A stretch of 57,219 bases of DNA, the filler included, from Porpidia crustulata (taxonomy: Eukaryota): assembly GCA_964255105.1 (NCBI GenBank). It is 4 parts of 4 records of this genome, joined end to end, with 100 filler letters (N's around TTAATTAATTAA, not from the genome) between each part and the next. Parts side by side here need not be neighbours in the genome. Positions count along the whole stretch, not along the records: positions 28,703 to 42,937 come from CAXUWE010000388.1; positions 43,038 to 57,219 come from CAXUWE010000390.1; 2 more parts are not named here. One strand, given 5' to 3'. Position 1 is the first letter of the stretch, and each line of letters starts with the position of its first letter. Shown here one piece after another: positions 37,720 through 47,564 of this stretch. The notes below the pieces were generated by a model. The model had not been told where the DNA came from and did not search any database. It worked only from the letters and a program-made list of their open reading frames with translations. Made by a program: the position numbers and the translations under genes.

Positions 37720-37983
37720 TGTCAAATTATAAGTCTTCAATTTGGACGGTAGACTAGACGTACAGAATTTTACCAAGTAGCTGAGTATTAATAATAATCG
37801 CAAACATCCATCGATTGCGGGGTGTTGGCCCTGTCTTGTTAAAAATAGATTCAGTTGCCTGATTATCGCTTGGCGAGACTGTTACCAACAGGTGGTACGT
37901 CTCTTTGTTTCCTCTCAGCCTTGCCATAATCGCACACTTCGACTTCAAAACTTGGCGGAGATGATCCGTAGACGCCGCGGAGG

Positions 37984-40978
37984 ATGGATGTAACACGCCG
38001 GAAGATCAGAGAGGCCCGCTGCCGAAATGCCGATGGAAGATGGTTCGTCCCTGAAGGATCGCTGGCGTCGGTGCTTCCTCCTGAGATCATACAGCAGTCG
38101 CTCCAGAACCATTGCGACGTCGAACCCTTTGCAGTCCAGTGGATGACGCAGGCTATCGAAAAGGGTGGTAGGAGGACCTTCGCAGCATTGATCTTAATTA
38201 GGGAAGAGAAGAAGATCATTGCTGTTTTGGAACATTACTTGCAATCTGACAGCCAAAAGCTCGACTCTCGGCTGCCATTTTCCAGGTTAGAGTTAGAAAC
38301 GATCCTTTCTCCGGATGTGGCCAGCGAATTTCATGAGCATCAGTGGGAACTCATAGCCCCAGTCTTCACTCATCGACTTCATCACCACAATATCCCCATT
38401 GAATTCAATCTTCCTTTCATCGAGTCCCGAAGGATTGGAGGTGGAGGATTTGGGGACGTTTATGAGGTTGTTATCACAGCAGGCCACCACAAATTCAAAA
38501 ATATAGACAACACCAAAGTATAGTCAGCCTTTGTTATCCTTCTGGAAACAATGGACCTAATAATCATCAGCCTGCTCGATTGGTTCGAAAAGAGCTCCGC
38601 GAAGGCTTTGGGGCTGACGACTTGTGGGCTGAAGTGGGATCTAACGAGCATCAAGTCATGTCTTATATGTATCACTTGGAGCATCCCAACATTCTGCCAC
38701 TTTTGACATCGTACACATATAACGGGATCCACAACTTCCTACTACCTCTCGCCGAGGGAGGGGACCTGGAGTACCTGATGAATGAAAGAACTAGAGCCAG
38801 AGAACTTTCCCAAGACATGCAATTCTACGACGCAATATCTGGACTGGCTTCAGGGCTCGAAACTCTACACGAGTACAAATCCGACATCCTTGGCAGGGAA
38901 ATGATCGGATACCATCACGACCTTAAGCTGAAGAACGTGCTGGTGTCTCAAGGCCGTTTCATTCTCTCAGACTTCGGGCTTTCGAAGCTAAAGACAGGCG
39001 AAAATTCTCGGACTCCTTTCAAAAAGGGGCAGGGCCATTATTTGGCCCCTGAATGTGAGGATCTGGAGCATGGTTTTGTCAAGGGAATAGTCAGTAGAGC
39101 GAGCGATGCCTGGTCATTGGGTTGCATTTTACTTGAAGTGATCATCTTTATGGCTGGAGGAAGCGATTCTCTTGCACAGTTTCGACAATCTCGCTCGATT
39201 ACAAAGGGCCTCCTAACGACAAGGACCTTTTTTTACGAAGATGTTATCAACCCGGGGGTAGAGAATAAGTTGATCGAATTGGCTGATTGTGGAGATAAAT
39301 GTATCGAAAGATCAGTGGCGTTGATTCGCCAGATTCTGGTAGTTAAACTCGAAAACCGACTGAAGGCGAGTGAGATTGCGGTAGGGTTTAGACTCATTTC
39401 TTTCGAAGCTTGCTACCTGAGTTTATCTACAGCTCTTGAATCTATTAGGTGGCGAGTTGAGAACCCAGAAACTATCGCGGAATGGAACAGATTTCGCCAA
39501 CTGGCCCATACTCTTACTTCAAGCGACGACACGACGGTGGTTGGTACCCCCGATACGACAATTTCAAATTTTTTTGCAGATCGTTCTCAAGTTAAATCAC
39601 TTCTGGAGTCCATTAAAAGACTGTTCGACTACATCGTAGATTTAGACCTATCAGACGACTTTACAACGGCAATATCGTCGGACTTAAAAAAGTCAACAAC
39701 TTTCTAGACCTGGAACTCAACCACAATCGAAGAGAACGTAATTCAATATCTCATGTGGAGGCTGATTCGGGCGATATTACCCATGAGACTGTCGAGTCTG
39801 AGCACGTGAGAGAACTGAATTGGAGTGAGCCTACTTTGACGGTACCGACGGCCAATGTGCGTAATGCCACTATATCGAAAGACGAGAGGTTTCTTACCGT
39901 GGAGTATAATCGGCAAATCACGATCTATGCTTTACCTTCAGGCGACGAAGTCCGAGCAATCAGAATACCGGACGAGTTGCAACCGGCTCAAAGGGAATGG
40001 GTTCGTAAATACCCCCAATTCGCCTTTTCGCCTAACGGAAAGAATCTTATTGTCTGTTGGACTAGACACGTGTGTTCTTATAAGATAGACAGCGATGGGA
40101 GCGAGTTTGTAATACTTTTCCCACCATTTATCGGTGAAAGCAATTATGGTCACATCGGTCGTTCCGAAAGTATGATGAGACCGATAGTTACTGGAGTGGC
40201 GGCGATTTCTGCAGACTCGAGATGTGTGGCTTTCGGTGTTACAAGACGTTTCTCTACGTTATCTGACGCATTCGAGGAGTTGATATTTATTCTCTTCCTC
40301 ACGAGAAATGGAGTGGCTGATGGACCACCAATTTGGGTCACCGTGGGGGATTATGATTGCGTAGCTGGATTTTCTCCGGACATTCGCTAGCTGGCAATTG
40401 GTAGTTAAAGATTAGTTCGGCATAATTGACAGAATGCCACTCGTATCCGGTTGTTGAACCTTCTTGGGAATGGCACTGATCTGAAATGGGCTACGATCTA
40501 TTGCAACGAAAAATTCGACAAAGGCCCACGCAGACCATGGATGGAGCCGTTCGACGCGATGGTCAGATATCCACGCCTGGCGTTTGCAGTCTGGGAGAGC
40601 CGCTGGGTGGCAGCACTATGGGAGAAGTCCAAACGAACCTTGACCTTGCACGACCTACACTCTCAGAGCCATCTAGCATCATTCGACCTTTTCCGTTACG
40701 ATCCATTCGGCTCCGGCATCGAAAAGACTATATTTTCTGCCGATTTGAAAATCACGGCAAGCCTGAGAGCTCCTGCCGGAACTATCCTGGAGAAGTTCGG
40801 TTTGGGGAAGGAGAGGGCAACGGGTAACGAGGTCGCGTTTCTGGATGTGAAAACGGGCCAGATCATCTGCACTTTGAAAAGGGCATACTTTGATGAATAC
40901 TGGCTTTCAGACTCGGGACATTATGCCGTGACACGAAAGAAGAGAGAGTTGAGGGTTTTTCATATTGTAGAAATTTGA
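37984..40978 (+). pseudogene. Ser/Thr protein kinase with N-terminal helical domain and C-terminal WD40-like region; C-terminal half disrupted
   Basis: IGGGGFGDVY, intron 38518-38570, LVRKEL, HPNILPLL, HHDLKLKNVL, SDFGLS, YLAPE, SDAWSLG. Frameshift at the A6 run 39686-39691. WD-like motifs FAFSPNGKNL, ISADSRCVAF and GFSPDIR. In-frame stops at 40388, 40406 and 40427. Confidence 0.8.
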
Positions 40979-41231
40979 TGTCATGCCGAACGATCTCAAA
41001 TTACGCAGGCGCGTGTCTTTCGAGCCATTGTCGGCCTAATTATTGGTTGTGAGCCTGTAACAGAAGTAGATAAATAGCTAAACATTCAATAAACCCATCT
41101 ATTACCAGTAAAATAATAAGTATAGATTGAATTTAATGAAGCTCGAGTTCCACTCTGGATAAGTTAAAAAAACCAACTCGTACAATTTGATAAAAATATA
41201 GTTCCAATAGGAACGCAGTATTATGGAATAG

Positions 41232-41318
41232 GCCTGGCTAGCTCAATCAGGTAGAGCGTGAGACTCTTATCTAAACACGTACATCTTAAGGTTGCGGGTT
41301 CGATCCCCGCGTTGGGCT
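41232..41318 (+). tRNA. tRNA-Lys(CTT) with a 13-nt intron
   Basis: Acceptor GCCTGGC/GTTGGGC, D arm GCTCAATCAGGTAGAGC, anticodon CTT 41266-41268, intron 41270-41282, T loop GGTTCGATCCC; oligo-T Pol III terminator at ~41330-41337. Confidence 0.9.
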
Positions 41319-42320
41319 TCCTTATTGTGTTTTTTTTCGCTCAAGATTCGACAGAATCTGCAGTGTAGGTACATACCAGATTTGGCTTGTCTGATTTCCA
41401 AAAGGAATTTGTACTTAATGGAAGGGAACCTACTATCGATATACCACCTTTTGGTTACTCATACCTACATCCCCGATACAAAGTTTAGATCTAGGGTTAT
41501 AAACCTATTTCTTACCAGAGCACTTCCCCAGCATATATCTTCTAGCAACTACACGCCGTACTATTTCGATCCCAAAATTGCTTTCTATGATCGGAGTATC
41601 TCTCATTCAAAGGCCTTGCGCAGTCCGCCTAGAAGGTATACTTGCCTCCCCAGGAGTCCCACGCCGCCGCCGCTCCCGTTCTCCTTCCTTCCACTTCTGT
41701 CACTACTACCAACCCGCTCCTACTTTCCCTACCCCGCCCTCGTTCCTAGCTGTTGTTGCTTTTGTCCTGCTAATGGCTCATGGTCATTGTCTTTTTTGTG
41801 TTTATTGGTGATGGTGGTGGAGGTGTGGTGGTGGAAGGATGGTGGTGGAAGGGAAGGAGGGATGGAGGTGGGTAAGAGGATGGAAGGTAGTTGCTTGATT
41901 GGGAAGCGATTTGGTGAGGGATAAGATAGGTTTATGACTTTAGAATCAAACTTCATTCTGGGGGGCAGTGGGTGTACGGGTAGGCAAATGGGATGTAACG
42001 CTGGTAAGTAAGGTACCTAAAAGACGAGATAGAATAACTAGGATATTTCAGGACTTACCTACTATACGAGGTAAAAAAGGCCAAGGTACCTGATACTAGC
42101 CTTGCATGTGTAGGAAAGAACGATGGAATGTCATCGCTTCGCATTCTTTGCTATTTGCTCTGGGTCTCGAAAATTACGTAGCTGCTTCTTCTCTACGGAG
42201 TCTACATAGTACCGGAGGCAGGTGCCCACGATTAGAGGACAGTAGCGACTGCCAAATGAAGTGAACTACTACGGTATTTAACCCAGTTCCTGTTGCCCAT
42301 TCTCTCTCTCTCTCTTTTAT

Positions 42321-42937
42321 TTCCCCATCTTACTCCATCAAAATTAGATCAAGAATATCATGCGATACAACATGATAGCAGCACTTATTATTTCTTTGAC
42401 ATTACTAATTGTGTCTGTCGTAGCCTTAGCTGCGACAAAGCCCATCTCTTGGGTATGGGAGAGATGCCTCTCAGGGAAACCAACCTTAGACCCAGCTGTT
42501 TCCCCATAATTCAATCCACAAAAATCCATCACATTCAATCGAAATGATTGCTTCCGTCATACTCCCGCTTGTCTCACTCATCATATCGATCCTAGCATTA
42601 GTCACAACGAAGCCCATATCTTGAGTATGGGAGAGGTGCCTCCCCGAACATCCAGCCCCAAACCAGTCGATACTCGAAACGCTTCAAAGATGTGAAGAGC
42701 GACTCGCCAAATCTCGAGCAATTATAGCCTTGGCTACAACAAGGCTCATCGCCTGGGCCTAGGACCGCTACCTACCAGGTAAGACGACCATGGACCCAGC
42801 TGTTTCCCCCATCTTACTTCCCTGAAATTAGTTGAAGAATATCACGCAATACAACATGATAGCAGCATTTATTCCTTCTTTGACATCAATTATGATGTCT
42901 ATCGTAGCGTTGGCTACGACCCGTCCGATCGCTTGGC
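42321..42937 (+). repeat. Imperfect tandem repeat array (4 units) encoding short hydrophobic peptides
   Basis: 42321-~42440 is nearly duplicated at ~42805-42937. AAGCCCAT.TCTTG.GTATGGGAGAG.TGCCTC occurs at ~42438 and ~42610; GACCCAGCTGTTTCCCC at 42489 and 42793. Confidence 0.8.
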
Positions 42938-43037
42938 NNNNNNNNNNNNNNNNNNNNNNNNNNNNNNNNNNNNNNNNNNNNTTAATTAATTAANNNNNNN
43001 NNNNNNNNNNNNNNNNNNNNNNNNNNNNNNNNNNNNN
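42938..43037. other. Artificial contig spacer
   Basis: N44-TTAATTAATTAA-N44. Confidence 0.98.
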
Positions 43038-43858
43038 GTGGGGGAGGTGGAGTGGAGGTGTGGGCATTGGATCTGGAGAGCTACGGCAGCGTGGCGGGGT
43101 TCGCGGAGAGGGTGAAGGGGACGCAGGGGTTGAGGGTTAATTTTGCGATGTTGAACGCCGGGGTGGTGAGGCCGAGATTCGAGCGGAACGGGGAGACGGG
43201 GCATGAGGTGACGGTGCGGACGAATTGGTTGAGCACGGCGCTGTTGGCGGTGTTGCTGGTGCCGGTGCTGCAGGCGCAGTATGAGGCTGCGGGAAGGGGT
43301 GGTGCGGCGCCGGTGCTGACGCTGGTTGGGAGCGAGGTTGCGCAGTGGGCAAAGATGAAGGAGGGGAAGAAGGCGGTGGGGTTGCGGAAGAGTGTGCTGG
43401 AGACGCTGGACGATGAGAAGAATTTCGACCCGTCCGATTGGTATTACGCGTCCAAGTTGTTGCTACTGTTCTTGTTTCGGGAGTTCACGGAGCGTCTCGA
43501 AACTCCTGGGATACGAGGCTCGTCAAATAACGTCGTCGTCAACAACGTCAACCCGGGCTTTTGCTACGGCTCAGAGCTGCACCGCGACGTTGATGGAGTA
43601 TTCGGCGCCGTCCTTGGGGTTGTGAAGAGGATCATGGGAAGATCTACTCCGTTGGGGGCGAGAACGCTGGCGCATGCCGCTGTGGTGGCTTCGGTTGAGT
43701 CGCATGGGAAATATCTTAGTGATGAGAAGATCACCGCGTTTGCGGATTATCCGTTGACCGCGGAAGGGAAGGCGATGCAGAAGCAGCTATGGGAGGAGAT
43801 GGCGAGGGAGCTGAAGAAGGTTGTTGATATTGAACGTATGACGAGGAGGAAGATCTAG
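43038..43858 (+). CDS. Short-chain dehydrogenase/reductase (retinol-dehydrogenase-like), 5' truncated by gap
   Basis: VEVWALDLESYGSV, LNAGV, catalytic YYASK, VNPGFC and GARTL; the Rossmann TGxxxGxG motif lies in the missing part. Confidence 0.9.
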
Positions 43859-44076
43859 GATGGTAGCTTGTGGGTTGAATGGTTTTAAGAGCTTGTTCTG
43901 CCTTCGATCTGACACAATTTAGCCTGAGTAGGAATCCGACTTATTGGGCAAGATTGTAACCTAGATGATTACCAATACTCTATAGCACTGGCTAATTACC
44001 TCCAATCGAAGTCCCCTCCTATCATCGCGGCTATGACCCTCGAGCTTCAGGAGAACCAGATGTTCATTGGCTGTCA

Positions 44077-46931
44077 CTATGTGCTAGGGTCTTCGTTTGG
44101 TAGTATCTGAGAAGGGTTATCTACGACGTTCCACATGTTGAAAGAGCTCTGAAAGAGATCCCCTAAAGTTCCAGCGTCGATAAGAGCTCCTTGGCTGTCA
44201 TTCTCAGGACTGGCGATCGGAACCCATGATAAAGAGACGTTATTAAAGTCGGAAAGCCAGTCAGCAGCATCGACACTTAGGTCAACTGGTAATGTACCCA
44301 ACAAACCGGATGGATCTCCTCCGTCATTTCTTTGTTGCATGTCAATCCAGTCATGAGACGTCGATCTGGTCGTTATTGATTTATTTAATCCCGAAGAGCT
44401 CGGATATTTAGGCTGACGTATCGCATCGAGATCTTAGAAAGGAGGCTCGAGCTGTGCTTCGTTTGACTTATGCTATGAATTTGTCAGAGGTGGAAGTATA
44501 GATTGTGGTATTTCTTTGGGAGCGAACCTGTTTGTGATGGTGGCCATAACGGGCCGTTGACCGCATCAAACGTCTTAGAAAACTCACGCTCTGCTAAATC
44601 TTGACAGAATGACATTGCACGTTGGATACGATTTCTAAGCCACGTTGGATGGCTATCTTTGTCCGTGGGAGATCTGTAACCACGGCAGCAAGATCTGGGC
44701 TTGGAATGCTAATAGCTGCGAGGAGGACGCAGATGGAATTGAAAGTGACTGAGGAACATCAGATTCATAGATCAACGCATTATCAAGGATTACAAACAGT
44801 TGAAATCCCACCACCATGACTCGGTCAAATTCTGCGACGAATATAGATATATTGATTCGATCTGTGACAAAGCAGCAGCGACACATGTCTTTGCGCTCAG
44901 ATGAGCAAGGGTGGTCTCCGGCAACGAAGGCTTGCTAAAGTGCCGTACTGCTACCGAGCCCCCAATAGACATATCCATTGTTGTATCTGAATATAGAGGA
45001 GGCCACATGTGTGCTTCATTCTGCGGCCAAATTTCCTTATAAGGCTGCATCAGAAATAAGACAGTTTGTCGATGAAGTAGGTTACGCATTCCAAGAAAGC
45101 GAAGTCTCAGTATGATCCTCTGTCGTTGAAGCCAACGTGGATACTGCTTATCAGCTGCCAAGTCTTCGAGTGAAAATTGTAATTCTTCGGAAAGCGAATC
45201 GTGCCAAGCTAGCAGCATTCCGTCGAGTTGAATAACAACTGTAAGATAAGACAAAGCACTGTTACTTTCGACTAGTAATGGCCACCCGAGGCTCTTGCTT
45301 GGAGTGCCCCTGAGGTCAGCGTCAATGACACCTTTTGCTCTGTGTAGACGCTCTAAGACTTCGTCCATGAGATAGTGCAAGCGTATACTGTAGACAAAGA
45401 AAGCAATCATGGATACGTCCCTTGGCGGCTGCGCTTGATGTCTGATTATACATGAGTCGTTGATTGGCCAAGGAAAGCTGTCTGGAGATGTCGAAAAACG
45501 TCCATAGGGAATACCAATTGGTCTTCCATAAATCATGCTCGAGATACTATGAAGATGAGCAATCTGAAGATTGAATTGATCCAAAGTCTTTTCTATGGCT
45601 AGCTTGAATATGAGAGAGTGCGATGGGCGGGATCCAACAGAAGAAAAAACTTACCGATCAAAGGAGAAGCAAGTCCACCACAGTCGGAGGCGTAGCTGTT
45701 TCTCTAAAGCTGAGACAGATGAATTATCTGAAAGAGGAACGTGGAGCCCTAGCTCTTGAGCTATCCTCACGGCATATCTAATAGTAAGATAGCACTCCTT
45801 TGATCTTAACGAGTTTTGCTGATACTGAGCCATAAGAGCGCTTGAACCATACTTAAGCTGGTAAGATCAAATATGTTCGCAAGAACAAAGTCTCGAGCGC
45901 AGCTGTAGAACTGGTAGCTGGCCTTGACACTGTCTTCATAGGGTGATTTGCCATCTAAACCACCATTATAGGACTGACAGGATAAGCAGAACATTGCGTT
46001 ATCCACATTGTATCAGAATGTTCTGGGAGTTCCCAAGTACGCTTGAAGAGGCACCGAGAGTCGTCCTCAAGAAGAAGGGGCCAAATGGGATTCACAAACG
46101 AGAAGTAACGCTCAAAGAGTAATTCAGCAACATAGCGCTTAGGTAGGAAGTAAGGTAAAGCCAGCGTAGATGCTACGTTCGACGCACGTTCATCTCGTCT
46201 TTCACTGACAACATACGAACGAGTGTCTGTCCTGTGCGGATCACCCTTTTGCCATGGATTGGTAGGGCGTTCGAGGATAGGTTGAGAGTAAGCGGTAGGA
46301 GGAGTTGCATATGAGTCACGGTGTTGATTGAGATTATGTGTCACTGACGCCTCGACGCTCATCGCAAATTGCAAAGTGGACGATCCATCAAGAGCAGCTT
46401 CGGAACGACAAGACTTAGTATCTTTGACCGTGCTCTCCGTCGTCGGTACAGGGTGTCCTCCTTCGCTGCTATTGTCCTCATCTTGTAAAGATTTAGTTAA
46501 GTGTGCGGGTCTTTCCGTAGATTTTTGAGGGCTAGGTTTCGTTTGATAATCACCATTTATTGAGGGAGAGTCTTAAATCAAGGACAAATGGATCTTTAGA
46601 TGCTTTCAAGATATCTTCCAGTTCTTTCAGCCTAGCTTCCAGCGTATCGACATGACTGTCAGTAATTCACCTTTAGATCACGTAGTATAGGTATACCATA
46701 CGGGTAGGGTAATGGAAAGACATGCAATTGAGAGCATTGGGCACGCACGAATGGCGGAGGATAGCCACAATCTTTACCATGTTTGACGCAATATGAGCAT
46801 CGAGGACGAGCTGCATCACAACGGACCTTACGCTTTTTACAGGCCGTGCAAGCTTGATGAGACGCTATCTTGTTGGAGTCTTCACTAATGGTTTGTGAAG
46901 TCTTCCTTCTCTTAGATTTTGAGGCATCCAT
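44077..46931 (-). pseudogene. Zn2Cys6 (GAL4-type) transcription factor with fungal-specific TF domain; multiple lesions
   Basis: ACTACKKRKVRCDAARPRCSYC...C, YFSFVNPIWP, AVRIAQELGLH, RLWWTCFSFDR and YGRP. Frameshifts at ~46575, ~46000 and ~45833; in-frame stops at 44594-44596 and 44434-44436. Confidence 0.8.
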
Positions 46932-47564
46932 ATCACAATAATCATTGAATATATTTGCTGCGGCTTCACGAGTATCCCTATGATGGCCTTAGACTCTCAA
47001 TCTTGTCGCTGGATCATATTGACTGCTTGTTACTGCATGCTTAAGAATCCCAGGCAGAATTCTCAGGCTCTTAAACCCTTCTATTTGTCTCGTTCGGTAT
47101 TAATTTCTTAGCCTGGACGACTGGACGAATAAGAAACGTTCTTTCCACGAAATACGTACCACATAGAGAGCCAGAAATCATTATATATGCAATATGCTCT
47201 CCATAAGTGTTGCAGTGACTTCTGGCACGAGGTAGTAAGTTGTAGGGCTGAGTCTTTCATCACGTGTTAACGCGTCACGCACTGGCGTCTCATCAATTCT
47301 TCATGTCAATATGTCAATCCATAGCTTTATAATTCTATCATTTAAAGGCCTTAATCAGTTTCTCATACATGAAGTCGTTCGCCAAAATCTGAATTCTGAA
47401 TTTAGCAGACAAGGCGGCTGATGATACGGAATGCTCTACATCAAGTTTTGAACACAAACGCTAAGATATCCGTTGCAACACTCCTCGCCCCAAAAACACC
47501 ACCCTTCAAATGCTCAAATCCTCGAGAACGCCTCGCCACAGCTACACCGAGCCCCTTGCAAATC

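Noticed and set aside
40401..40432. Possible intron removing the stops in the kinase tail
   Set aside because: Only 32 nt, would shift the frame, and would not remove the TAG at 40388
42321..42937. Repeat array considered as CRISPR-like or LTR
   Set aside because: Eukaryotic context; units are long, diverged and coding-like, with no constant repeat/unique spacer pattern or TG...CA ends
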